From positions 4,009 to 44,008 of the forward strand of contig NZ_BAMI01000012.1 of NCBI RefSeq assembly GCF_000615765.1: a DNA stretch of 40,000 bases. The letters run 5' to 3'. This DNA is from Ligilactobacillus equi DSM 15833 = JCM 10991 (lineage in GTDB: Bacteria; Bacillota; Bacilli; Lactobacillales; Lactobacillaceae). This document shows positions 16,455 to 24,903 of this stretch, piece by piece; positions within the stretch are counted from its first letter, which is position 1, and the number at the start of each line of letters is the position of its first letter. Position numbers and translations under genes: made by a program. The notes beneath the pieces were generated by a model. It was not told where the DNA came from and searched no databases. It saw nothing but the letters and a program-made list of their open reading frames with translations.

Positions 16455-16571
16455 CGGGATTTCCGCTCAATTATCATTAAATCATTTTCGGATGTACCAC
16501 TTAGAGCATATCGGTGCAAATACTGTGGGCAGTGGCACATGACTCATTATCGTGATTATTATGATGAGTAA
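16455..16571 (+). pseudogene. start-less 3' fragment of a small zinc-ribbon-like gene
   Basis: Open frame from the stop at 16452-16454 to the TAA at 16569-16571: RDFRSIIIKSFSDVPLRAYRCKYCGQWHMTHYRDYYDE*. It has no start codon and a C-x2-C-x3-H tail. Confidence 0.3.
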
Positions 16572-16575
16572 AAAA

Positions 16576-16618
16576 GATAAATAACCGTTAACTGGTAACA
16601 GCTAACGGTTATTTTTGG
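16576..16618. terminator. bidirectional rho-independent terminator shared by the iscB side and the convergent helicase
   Basis: 10-bp stem ATAACCGTTA / TAACGGTTAT (16581-16590 / 16603-16612), with an A-run before it and a T-run after. Confidence 0.7.
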
Positions 16619-16645
16619 TTTGTATTCTGTATGATAAGAAATAAG

Positions 16646-19012
16646 CTAATTTTGAAAAGAGTTAGGATACTTAATTTCGTCCAGTAGCGGACTAGCTTTG
16701 CCAACGTAATAATCAATGTAAAGCTTCTTCTTAGCTCTAGTCATCCCCACGTAGAGAAGTCTGCGTTCGTCTTCAACGAATTTTGAATGAGCCATAATTT
16801 CTGCATAGAACATTCTCATAGCAGTTCTAAGTTGTGTATTTTCTTCTACCATTTTGCTAAGCATTCCTTCTGTACTTAAAGATTGAATAATCTTTAATCT
16901 ATCACTAGGTTGAAGGTCGTCCAACTTGTATACATCTTCAAAGTACATTTCACATGCATTAGGACTAATTCCTAGCAATGCACCTAGTACATAAGCCATT
17001 GAATCAAAACTACCATAGTCCATTAAATCTTCCAAATCTGAGTAATTAAACAAGGTATAAAACTCTTCAAAAGTGGTATCGGCAGGAAATGCTTTGGATA
17101 TTGCCATTAAATCATCAGTTAAATCACTATCAGTAAGCCCGTACAGGTAAACGTTGTCCCATTCAAGTCCCTTTGATCCATGTAGGGTATCAAGCTTAAT
17201 AGAGGGCTGTTTGGTATCTGTGAGGTTATTACCGTTATTAACTATGGCTGAAAGAAGTCTAAGATTTCTATCTTGAGATTCTTCTAATTCTTCAAATTCG
17301 CTAAATTTCTTCGTCAACTTATAGAGATAGTTTTTAATTGTTTCAACTCTTTCTGAAGAGTAGACATGGTATATCTTAGTCATGCGTTGAAAGTATAAAT
17401 TGGTTATAAGGTCAACTTCTCGCAAATACTTTGATAAGTCCTTTTCTTTCTTGTGTTTCATTTTTTCAAATTTTCTGTGACATCTAATTACTTCTAAATC
17501 ACTGTCATCAGCAACATCATCATCATTTGTGCCTATTACCCAGTTAACATAATTAGTAATGGTGTTGATTTTCCGATATCGAACAACGCTTTTTAGTTTT
17601 TTGGCATATTTTCCAAACCCAATTCTGTTTGCGTAATTTGCTAGTAAGATAAAATCGTCATAATAAAAGGCCTTTATTAATCCCATAAAAACGTCATATA
17701 CTTTGTCATTTTGCAAAATATTACTAGAACTACCTACATCAAGATAAACGTCCTTATACGCTAAAACATCGGCTATAACGGGCTTATCTTTATTGTATCT
17801 AACTAGAATAGCACTTGATTCATTGGGGCTATTCGCTAAGTTTTTGAGCATTTTCTCAAAGAACTCATCCCCATGATTTCCTTCTTTACTTTCAATCTTA
17901 TAGACTTTTCCACCTTTATTAAATGCTTTAAGGGACTTTTCTAGTCTTAGTGTATTTTTAGTGATTACTGGAATTACACTATCTAAAATATTCCCACCAG
18001 TACGATAGTTGGTAGATAAGTTAAAGGTGACAGAATAATTGACAAACGTTGAGAACTTTTGAATAAAGTCAGGGGATGATCCTCTAAAAGAGTAAATGGA
18101 TTGGTCATCATCCCCAATAACCATTAGCTGCTCAAAAGATTTTTCAGAGAAAATACGATTCATCAATGCCCATTGTAAAGCGTTAATATCTTGGAACTCA
18201 TCAATAACGATAACGTTCCACCTACGCATCATTACACCTTTTATCTTAGATTGTAATCTCTCGTCATTTAACGCAACATAGAGAAGCTTTTGCATGTCTT
18301 CAAAGTCAATCTGTTGGTTACGTTCTTTTAGCGAGCTATATTCTTTGAGAGCATAAATATAATTTTCAACCCATCCTTTGTTAAGATATTGATCAGAAAC
18401 TAAACTGATAAGTTCTTCAACGGATAATTCTTTCTTCTCAACCATGGCTAAATAGTCCTGAATTGCTGTTGAATTATAATTAGGGTCTAACCCGTTAGAA
18501 CTGAGCATTCGATTGACTAACTGGCTTTTAACTTCAAATATTTGTTTCAACGATTCAGAATTGGTTAATTCTTTGCTTTTATTGGGTAACTTAAAATAAG
18601 TAATGTAGTGTTTGTATTCACTAGGTAATACGCTAACAGTTTTATATTGGGGCATGTAGAACCTTAGCAACTTATAGAAGAAAGCGTGAAAAGTAAAGAA
18701 ACTAGGACTGCCCCAATCACTAATATTAATACCTAATATTTGAACACGCTTAATATATTCGTTATATCTTTCTCTCATGTCTAATTGAGCTTTCTTCGAG
18801 AACGTAATTCCTAACACATCATGTGGTCTGCTATTTCCAATAAGTGCATTATAGATGATTGTTAGCATAAAGATAGTCGTTTTACCTGAACCAGCGCATG
18901 CATTAACAAGAGTGGGGTGTGCGATTCCTTCTTTAAGAATATTTTTTTGTTCATTCGATAGTTTAAATTTACCGATTAATTCGATAATCTTAAGAGCTTC
19001 ATTTTGATCCAT
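16646..19012 (-). CDS. UvrD/PcrA/Rep-like SF1 DNA helicase
   Basis: 788 aa. Walker A CAGSGKTT. Motif II VIVIDEFQD. Motif III VIGDDDQSIYSFRGS. Motif IV NYRTGGNI. Motif V TLHGSKGLEWDNVYL. Motif VI LLYVGMTRAKKKLYI. GAGGAA RBS. Long insertion between motifs IV and V. Confidence 0.87.
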   Translation of the reverse strand: MDQNEALKIIELIGKFKLSNEQKNILKEGIAHPTLVNACAGSGKTTIFMLTIIYNALIGNSRPHDVLGITFSKKAQLDMRERYNEYIKRVQILGINISDWGSPSFFTFHAFFYKLLRFYMPQYKTVSVLPSEYKHYITYFKLPNKSKELTNSESLKQIFEVKSQLVNRMLSSNGLDPNYNSTAIQDYLAMVEKKELSVEELISLVSDQYLNKGWVENYIYALKEYSSLKERNQQIDFEDMQKLLYVALNDERLQSKIKGVMMRRWNVIVIDEFQDINALQWALMNRIFSEKSFEQLMVIGDDDQSIYSFRGSSPDFIQKFSTFVNYSVTFNLSTNYRTGGNILDSVIPVITKNTLRLEKSLKAFNKGGKVYKIESKEGNHGDEFFEKMLKNLANSPNESSAILVRYNKDKPVIADVLAYKDVYLDVGSSSNILQNDKVYDVFMGLIKAFYYDDFILLANYANRIGFGKYAKKLKSVVRYRKINTITNYVNWVIGTNDDDVADDSDLEVIRCHRKFEKMKHKKEKDLSKYLREVDLITNLYFQRMTKIYHVYSSERVETIKNYLYKLTKKFSEFEELEESQDRNLRLLSAIVNNGNNLTDTKQPSIKLDTLHGSKGLEWDNVYLYGLTDSDLTDDLMAISKAFPADTTFEEFYTLFNYSDLEDLMDYGSFDSMAYVLGALLGISPNACEMYFEDVYKLDDLQPSDRLKIIQSLSTEGMLSKMVEENTQLRTAMRMFYAEIMAHSKFVEDERRLLYVGMTRAKKKLYIDYYVGKASPLLDEIKYPNSFQN

Positions 19013-19279
19013 ATAACTCGTTCCTCGTGTTTATTTAGAGTGTTTTTCTAATGCATTAATGTCTATCTAACGTATGCAGTATGACGTTACACATTCTCGT
19101 CAACGTGAGTAGGTAGGACAGTTGAATATATAGGGGATGGTTTGTAGAGAGGCTTCTCCATTTTAACTGCTATATAAAATGTGTTCCTTTCTATCGTACT
19201 ATCATATTTTTAGAGGCGAGGGGGGAGTGTATCGCATAATGTACTGTATACCGCAAATTGTTACTTTTTAAACAATACC

Positions 19280-19308
19280 ATTTTATAACGTTTCGTTATA
19301 AAAATCAA
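19280..19308 (-). promoter_or_regulatory. promoter with palindromic operator in the spacer (copy 1, upstream of helicase)
   Basis: Minus strand reads TTGATT (19308-19303), 17 nt, TAAAAT (19285-19280). The spacer is filled by the palindrome TATAACGTTTCGTTATA (19284-19300). Confidence 0.6.
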
Positions 19309-19571
19309 TACATTTGCTAGAGTGCTTTAGGAATATAGCTTTATAAAAAAATTTGCGTAAATAAAAACCGCTCCAAACTCCCAATTTCAAGCGGTTAAGT
19401 TTACCTATAAACGTGCCGTCGACCGACAGCTAAGAAGGATGGGTATTAGCGTACCTGTCCTTTTTCATTTGCCATTATAAGCTATATAGTACTTGCAAGT
19501 CAACACTAATAACTTATAGCAGCGGATGAACTAATAACGTCATAATATGAGGGTAAAAAACAATATAAGGG

Positions 19572-19606
19572 GAGAAGAACAATTTTCGGTGCAAATTGTT
19601 CTTCTC
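19572..19606. other. perfect 13-bp stem hairpin
   Basis: GAGAAGAACAATT (19572-19584) pairs with AATTGTTCTTCTC (19594-19606) around a 9-nt loop. There is no adjacent U-run, so its role is unclear. Confidence 0.5.
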
Positions 19607-19747
19607 ATCTTTCTAAAATATATAGATTTTTCGGAAAGATATAATTGATAAAAAAGAAAATGACTGTTTCAAAACATCTTCTACCTAGTTTTTACGAAAT
19701 TCGTAATTCAGATTTTACAAAACAATCTTTTTGTGCTTTCGTTGTTC

Positions 19748-19921
19748 TTATTTATTTTTTAAATACTTTAGCACTTCTTTGTTTTGGGCCAAATTTTTTT
19801 CTAAAACTCTGTTGAAGTCATCATCTAATTTTGCTCTTTGGTTATCAAAATGTTTTTTCTTCATTGGATCTGATAATTGTTCTTCCAGATATTTGTCAAA
19901 GTTTATGTGTTTGCTGTTCAT
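19748..19921 (-). CDS. 57-aa ORF resembling the N-terminal extension of HTH antitoxin-like proteins
   Basis: MNSKHINFDKYLEEQLSDPMKKKHFDNQRAKLDDDFNRVLEKNLAQNKEVLKYLKNK. The FDxYLxEQLxDP motif recalls the N-termini of XRE-type antitoxins, but no HTH follows. RBS is weak. Below the ORF-track size cut-off. Confidence 0.3.
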   Translation of the reverse strand: MNSKHINFDKYLEEQLSDPMKKKHFDNQRAKLDDDFNRVLEKNLAQNKEVLKYLKNK

Positions 19922-19993
19922 TTGATTCGTTTCTTTCTTTTTAATTTTCTTGTGGATATGATTTTGCTAAATTACATCCCACATGCTGCTCTC

Positions 19994-20023
19994 TACTGAT
20001 TATTACTGACTATTACTGAATAA
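19994..20023 (+). repeat. three tandem 10-bp repeats TACTGAYTAT
   Basis: TACTGATTAT / TACTGACTAT / TACTGAATAA at 19994-20023. A fourth exact copy of TACTGACTAT lies at 20116-20125. Confidence 0.7.
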
Positions 20024-20270
20024 TACCATATTTTACTCTTTCTCTGAAATTATTGTGCTTGCATTGCTGATGGATAAGCTCTTTCTTGTTCTGTACTACT
20101 TATGTTATGATATGTTACTGACTATTCTAATTAGTTATAGCTGCAAGAAAATAAGATGTTACAACCGCTTAAAATTAGGCGAATACGGTACTGGCTAAAA
20201 TATACTATGATATAAGTAGGATATGTTTACATTGAGATGTAAATGTGCCTAAAACACCATTACACTAAAA

Positions 20271-20313
20271 GCCAAGCATCCCCACTTTTTACGTTTCAGT
20301 TAGTATGCTTGGC
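20271..20313. repeat. GCCAAGCAT-stem hairpin element, copy 1
   Basis: GCCAAGCAT (20271-20279) pairs with ATGCTTGGC (20305-20313). Preceded by AAAA. The same stem sequence recurs at ~24.1, 25.1 and 28.9 kb. Confidence 0.6.
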
Positions 20314-20403
20314 GTATTTGATAATTTATGGCAAAAGCTTCATCAAAATTTCGGGTTAGCTGTGCGATGTACGGCCTTGTTTGTTTTGGTTAATTCTTTT
20401 TTG

Positions 20404-20437
20404 GTATCATTTAAACGGTCGCTGCTTTAAATGATAC
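20404..20437 (+). promoter_or_regulatory. perfect 12-bp inverted repeat upstream of the C gene (candidate C-box operator or terminator)
   Basis: GTATCATTTAAA (20404-20415), 10 nt, TTTAAATGATAC (20426-20437). It ends 24 nt before the C-protein ATG. Confidence 0.45.
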
Positions 20438-20461
20438 TTTTAATCGGTTGATATAGGAAAA

Positions 20462-20737
20462 ATGTTGAAGAATAATGAACACATGGAAAATTCAGAGTTA
20501 ATAAAAAGAAATATGTATACAATAGGTCAAACTGTAAAAAAATTAAGAAGGCAGAAAAAATGGTCACAAGAATATTTAAGTTTTATGTCCGGTCTAGATC
20601 GAACATATATTGGTGGACTAGAAAGAGGAGAAAGAAACGCGACTATAGGAACATTAACTACTATTTCTAAAGCTTTGAATATAACTTTATTTCAATTAGT
20701 AGAGGAAGCGTCTAAATATGAATCAGGAAATCATTAA
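20462..20737 (+). CDS. R-M controller (C) protein, XRE-family HTH
   Basis: 91 aa. WSQEYLSFMSGLDRTYIGGLERGERNATIGTLTTISKAL matches the C-protein signature (SQE-LA ... RTY-x-x-x-ERG-x-RN). Overlaps the downstream endonuclease gene by 20 nt. Confidence 0.8.
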   Translation: MLKNNEHMENSELIKRNMYTIGQTVKKLRRQKKWSQEYLSFMSGLDRTYIGGLERGERNATIGTLTTISKALNITLFQLVEEASKYESGNH

Positions 20738-21764
20738 TAATGCTAAGCGTATCCGTAATAATATCGAAAAAAGTCAAAAGACGATTTATGAAAAGACAAC
20801 ACCAAAGGATAAAGATTTGTGGTTAGGAGATCAAGAGCTAGAGTATTTGTTAAGGTCTTCTTTACTCGGTAAATCTTATGAAGGTCAGGCAAATAGAACT
20901 CGATCAAAGTCTATAAATCAAGATATTTGCAAGGCTATGGGCTATCCTGTTCCTAAGTCGTTCAAGAAGACTCATCCTCGGTTTGTATGTCAGAACTTTG
21001 ATAAGTATGCTCAGCAATCTAATAATCTTCAAATTTGGAATGAAGAAATCACACCAACTAGACGTTATTGTTTAATAATGTTGAACGATAAAAATGTAGT
21101 AGTTAACGTATTAATCTTATCTGGAAATACCTTACAGGAATTTGATTCAACTGGGACATTAACAACAAAATATCAAGCAAGTTTAATTAAAGACTATAAT
21201 AAGTCGACACTTCTAAGTACTCATGATACTGATAATATTCAAAATGCATTTGGTGAATTTAATACTCTTGTAACACAAGATCCTGCTTCTTTCCCTACTG
21301 CTAAAAGTATTATGAGTATTAAAAGTATATTTAACCGCTTAAAGCTATTGGAAGGTAAGAACTTTAATATCACAGGTAAAGAGAGAACGGATGGTAACAT
21401 TTTACAAGGAATAGTCTATAAACAATTGGGATATACACAATATAGAGAAAATGGACAATTACCAGATTTGATGAACCAATTATTAGAAATTAAAAGGCAA
21501 ACTTCAAGAACGATTGATTTAGGATTGTTTAAACCAGATGATCAAGAAGAACTTAATATTCCAGCTATTAATGGCTATGTTCCTAAAGTTGAAGATTTAC
21601 GTTACGCAATATTTTATTGCAGTATTCATGATACTCAAATGACAATTGATAAAATATTCTTAGTAACTGGGAAGGATTTTTTTAAATATTTTCATCTTTT
21701 CAGCGGAAATAAGCAGAATAAAAAAATTCAGTTGTCTTTAAAAAAAGAATATTGGAATCTATAG
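20718..21764 (+). CDS. type II restriction endonuclease (PD-(D/E)XK candidate)
   Basis: 348-aa ORF translationally overlapped with the C gene and convergent with a methyltransferase. Candidate catalytic motif LPDLMNQLLEIKRQ (PD ... E-x-K). Confidence 0.6.
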   Translation: MNQEIINNAKRIRNNIEKSQKTIYEKTTPKDKDLWLGDQELEYLLRSSLLGKSYEGQANRTRSKSINQDICKAMGYPVPKSFKKTHPRFVCQNFDKYAQQSNNLQIWNEEITPTRRYCLIMLNDKNVVVNVLILSGNTLQEFDSTGTLTTKYQASLIKDYNKSTLLSTHDTDNIQNAFGEFNTLVTQDPASFPTAKSIMSIKSIFNRLKLLEGKNFNITGKERTDGNILQGIVYKQLGYTQYRENGQLPDLMNQLLEIKRQTSRTIDLGLFKPDDQEELNIPAINGYVPKVEDLRYAIFYCSIHDTQMTIDKIFLVTGKDFFKYFHLFSGNKQNKKIQLSLKKEYWNL

Positions 21765-21818
21765 TTCTTCTTTTATTATAGCAGTATGAAGACTCCTTAA
21801 CTTGGTTTAGGTTTACAC

Positions 21819-21858
21819 AAAAAATACCGAGAACGTTTTTTAGTTCTCGGTATTTTTC
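21819..21858. terminator. bidirectional terminator between the convergent R and M genes
   Basis: 11-bp stem ATACCGAGAAC / GTTCTCGGTAT (21824-21834 / 21843-21853), flanked by an A-run and a T-run. Confidence 0.75.
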
Positions 21859-21876
21859 TCGATGAAAAATATGATT

Positions 21877-23559
21877 TTATTGCATATTAAAAGCCAGTTG
21901 TACTTCACTATTAATACTTTTTTCTAATTTCTTAGTATCATTTGGATTTTTGCATATCATTTTAACGAGTTTAATAATCTTTTGTGAATGTTTATTGTTG
22001 ATGTCCGGAAGTAAATAGTTTTTTACATATTGTGTTAAATAGCGTTTTCTACCACTATACAATACATTTTGAAACTTAATATTGTAGTATTTCTCCATAA
22101 TACTTGAATTTGCTACACCGGTTGCTAATAGAAGATAATTATTTGAAACATCATTTTTAGTTGTTAGCCAATAGCAATTTCCATCAACATAATACCCCTT
22201 GTCATCATAAACAAATTTAGCTTGCTGACTAATGTCCGGGAATATGACTTTATTATTGGCTAATTGTTCGGGTTGTTGCGGAACCCATATTTCGTACCAT
22301 TTACGTTTTGCCTTTTTTATATAAGATCTACCAGCTAATTGTTGTTTATGTTCTAATAGGTAGTTATATGCATGGGGATATTTGTAAAAGTCAATTGGGA
22401 TTCTTTTACCATTTTTTATTGTATGAGTATATAAAATAGTATTTAAATTATCGGGATGAGTTTGCCATCTCTCAATGGTTTTTGATGAGACCAAAGGATG
22501 TAAAACTTCTTTTTCGGGTCTTATATTGGTATCTAAATCTTTCCAATTTTTCTTTATAAATACGTTATCCGCAGTAGTTTTAATTCCTACATGGACATCA
22601 AAAACATCACCGAATTTTTTATGAGCATTTTTTTCTAATTTGGTAACCCATTCTTTTTCGGCAAAAGTTGCCATATTCCAAGGAGTATCTGAAACAGAAG
22701 CATCTAATAAGCCAGATGTTACCTTAAAAGAATGTCCTTTATATGAATGTATTCCATTTTTCTCTTTTAGTAGTGTCGATAATTTGTCTATAGAATCTGT
22801 AGACTTTGCACTTGAGGCTGATTCATATACCCTAGTAAATGGAACGCTACTGTTATCACTATGTTTTTTCTTTTTCCCAATAAAAATTGCAGGTAATACG
22901 GCTGCGGAAAATGGTTTAGTGTCACCTAAATCAATAATATTTAAAATCTTAAAGTTATCACTTAAGAAGTCTCGTATGTTTTTACCACTTTTATTCGTTA
23001 GATACTTATTAGAAGTTATAACGCATAAAATGCCGTTATCCTTTAAAGTGTTGGTCATAGCCTTAAGAAAGACATGATACATATCAACCTTTCCAGATAA
23101 ATTAAATAATTTTGCTAAGTGTTGAGACCTTTCAGCACCTAGAATTGATGTTCGAATATATGGAGGATTTGCGATTATTAAATCAATATTATTTATTTCA
23201 TTGTTGAGACTGTTAGGTTGATTGAATAAATTAACATTTTCAACATTTTCGATTAAAGAGAGGTAGTCGGCAGAGAAAAGTTTAAAATTGTTGTGATTTA
23301 GTTTCCCTTCTGCAATATGAATAGCTTTTTGGTCTATGTCAATACCATATCCTTGATAATCAATATCTTTAAAAACATTTTGAACAGCTAGAAGAAGATT
23401 ACCATCTCCACATGCTGGATCCAGTAATTTTAGCTTTTGGTTGCTGACACTGTCGGAGTTTTCTCTTAAAAAATAATATTTAAGCTGTTGTGCTATAAAT
23501 AAAGAAAGATCGTCAGGGGTATATTGAATACCATTTTTCTTTTCTTGAGTTAAAATCAT
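21877..23559 (-). CDS. N6-adenine DNA methyltransferase (gamma class, Eco57I/TaqI-like with C-terminal target-recognition domain)
   Basis: 560 aa. SAM-binding motif I LLDPACGDGNLL. Catalytic motif IV IIANPPY. Long C-terminal TRD. Confidence 0.85.
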   Translation of the reverse strand: MILTQEKKNGIQYTPDDLSLFIAQQLKYYFLRENSDSVSNQKLKLLDPACGDGNLLLAVQNVFKDIDYQGYGIDIDQKAIHIAEGKLNHNNFKLFSADYLSLIENVENVNLFNQPNSLNNEINNIDLIIANPPYIRTSILGAERSQHLAKLFNLSGKVDMYHVFLKAMTNTLKDNGILCVITSNKYLTNKSGKNIRDFLSDNFKILNIIDLGDTKPFSAAVLPAIFIGKKKKHSDNSSVPFTRVYESASSAKSTDSIDKLSTLLKEKNGIHSYKGHSFKVTSGLLDASVSDTPWNMATFAEKEWVTKLEKNAHKKFGDVFDVHVGIKTTADNVFIKKNWKDLDTNIRPEKEVLHPLVSSKTIERWQTHPDNLNTILYTHTIKNGKRIPIDFYKYPHAYNYLLEHKQQLAGRSYIKKAKRKWYEIWVPQQPEQLANNKVIFPDISQQAKFVYDDKGYYVDGNCYWLTTKNDVSNNYLLLATGVANSSIMEKYYNIKFQNVLYSGRKRYLTQYVKNYLLPDINNKHSQKIIKLVKMICKNPNDTKKLEKSINSEVQLAFNMQ

Positions 23560-23563
23560 AACT

Positions 23564-23793
23564 TCACTTCTTTCCGTTGAAATACATTGTTTTTTGTTGC
23601 TCTAATAAATGATTTAACGTGTCTAAATCATCAATATAATCATCCAGTTTGCCTGTATTGCCCGTTCTGCTTTTGTTCCAGGCTTGGGATGAACAAAGTT
23701 AAATGTGGCTCTTCTTAAAGCTAGGTATGATGTACGTTCTGGGTTACGTTTTTCCCAAGCACGAGATGCGTGTTTTTGAGATTCTTTAACCAA
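23564..23793 (-). pseudogene. small leader gene of the methyltransferase operon, apparently frameshifted
   Basis: TTG start at 23793, 6 nt after GGAGGG. It encodes (M)VKESQKHASRAWEKRNPERTSYLALRRATFNFVHPKPGTKAERAIQ... and stops at 23623. A second frame continues ...GKLDDYIDDLDTLNHLLEQQKTMYFNGKK* and ends at 23564, 4 nt before the MTase ATG. Confidence 0.35.
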
Positions 23794-23849
23794 ATGGAGC
23801 CCTCCTTTTTTAGAGTTTTTAGAGAATTATTAATTATCATTACATAATC

Positions 23850-23878
23850 ATTTTATAACGTTTCGTTATAAATGTCAA
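23850..23878 (-). promoter_or_regulatory. promoter with palindromic operator in the spacer (copy 2, upstream of MTase operon)
   Basis: Minus strand reads TTGACA (23878-23873), 17 nt, TAAAAT (23855-23850). The spacer holds TATAACGTTTCGTTATA (23854-23870). Confidence 0.65.
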
Positions 23879-24096
23879 TAGCTAAAAAGCGTGATAGTCC
23901 CTTATTTTTGGACATATCACGAATTAACAGCTGCTATACTCTAAACTGACGGCTTATCTATGCTCACATTATTAGTTATATAGGATTTTGCTAATAATTA
24001 CTCGAGTAGTTCAGAAGGTGATAGCAACTGTTACAACGATAGTAACATGATTGCTGTTATAGAGCAAGCATGCTACTATCGCATTTCTAATATTGC

Positions 24097-24138
24097 AAAA
24101 AGCCAAGCATCCCCTGTTTTGAGATATGCTTGGCTTTG
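24097..24138. repeat. GCCAAGCAT-stem hairpin element, copy 2 (terminator-like)
   Basis: AAAGCCAAGCAT (24099-24110) pairs with ATGCTTGGCTTT (24126-24137). Confidence 0.6.
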
Positions 24139-24457
24139 CGCTTGTATGCTTTTCTTGCATTGCTAACTTACATCGACAATCGCAACAAAAAGTAAGCAAA
24201 AAGACTCTTAATAACTTTGGCGTGATCTCATTGTACCGCTTGTAGTTGGTAATTACAAAGTTATACGTAAGTGCGTTGGAATAAGTATTACAGCTTAGGA
24301 AAACGTACAAAAGTTTGGGTGTCTTCTAAATTGGGCTGTGGTTTGGCTTCAACAGGTGTGGAAGTTGTAACGTTAGGTAAATCTGAATTCCGCCAAGAAA
24401 CATAAATAATGTAACTAGTGAAATCTTCAGATAGTTTAGTCTTATAACCGGCTCCAA

Positions 24458-24787
24458 TTAAGGAGCATTAAGCCCTTGCATGTAAGTCTTGATGGCCATA
24501 TCAATAGAAGGGGTAATCTTCTTGGTAGTCATGCCGTGTAAGACATCTAGTCCTTGGGAAGCTTCGTTATCGTCTTTAATCGTGGGTAAGCTTTTGAAAA
24601 AGTCAAAAATATTAATACGACAGTGGTGTTTGGCTTCTAGTTCCACAGATAGAACCAAGCGGCGATTAAAATATTCTTCAAATAATTCATGGTTATGAAT
24701 GAGGTAGCGTAAAGTAGCTTGAATTTTCGTATAATTTTCTAATTCAAAATCTTTTTGTAGTTGACGGATTTCGTCGGCAGTAAGCAT
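24458..24787 (-). CDS. hypothetical protein, possibly the 5' part of a frameshifted gene
   Basis: 109-aa ORF. After its stop, another frame stays open to 24288 (IGAGYKTKLSEDFTSYIIYVSWRNSDLPNVTTSTPVEAKPQPNLEDTQTFVRFPKL*). No family recognised. The 13-bp tandem repeats lie ~120 nt upstream. Confidence 0.35.
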   Translation of the reverse strand: MLTADEIRQLQKDFELENYTKIQATLRYLIHNHELFEEYFNRRLVLSVELEAKHHCRINIFDFFKSLPTIKDDNEASQGLDVLHGMTTKKITPSIDMAIKTYMQGLNAP

Positions 24788-24903
24788 ATTTTTCTTCCTT
24801 TCTAAGTCCTAAGTAGTCTTAATCTAATTAATCTAATTTTTAATAATAATTATAACTTTTGGCACGGAAAAAAGCACGTAAGAAAATATTGCTCAATGCT
24901 AAG

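Larger units (their letters stand above)
14711..16455 (+). mobile_element. non-autonomous IS200/IS605-superfamily OMEGA element (omega-RNA + iscB, no tnpA); boundaries approximate
   Basis: iscB follows a 340-nt structured non-coding region. A hairpin TCAGCTT-TTC-AAGCTGA (16411-16427) lies just past the iscB stop. Both flanks are fragments of one small gene. No Y1 transposase ORF is nearby. Confidence 0.55.

Noticed and set aside
19284-19300. The palindrome TATAACGTTTCGTTATA as a CcpA cre site
   Set aside because: cre sites centre on a CG within TGNAANCGNTNNCA. This motif has an ATAACG-N3-CGTTAT layout with a TTT centre, and it sits identically inside three promoter spacers. That points to a dedicated repressor instead.
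19731-19925. Track ORF 19731-19925(+)
   Set aside because: It is a phenylalanine- and serine-rich translation of an AT-rich strand. The opposite strand carries a more protein-like 57-aa ORF (19748-19921).
9027-23077. Other antisense or embedded track ORFs (for example 9027-9326, 9723-9944, 7851-8193, 8395-8601, 15974-16373, 16334-16540, 18096-18281, 22640-23077)
   Set aside because: Each lies inside a well-supported longer gene or the IscB flank. They lack an RBS and any recognisable motif.
24011-24310. Track ORF 24011-24310(-)
   Set aside because: It spans the GCCAAGCAT hairpin element, is Cys-rich and low in plausibility, and has no RBS.
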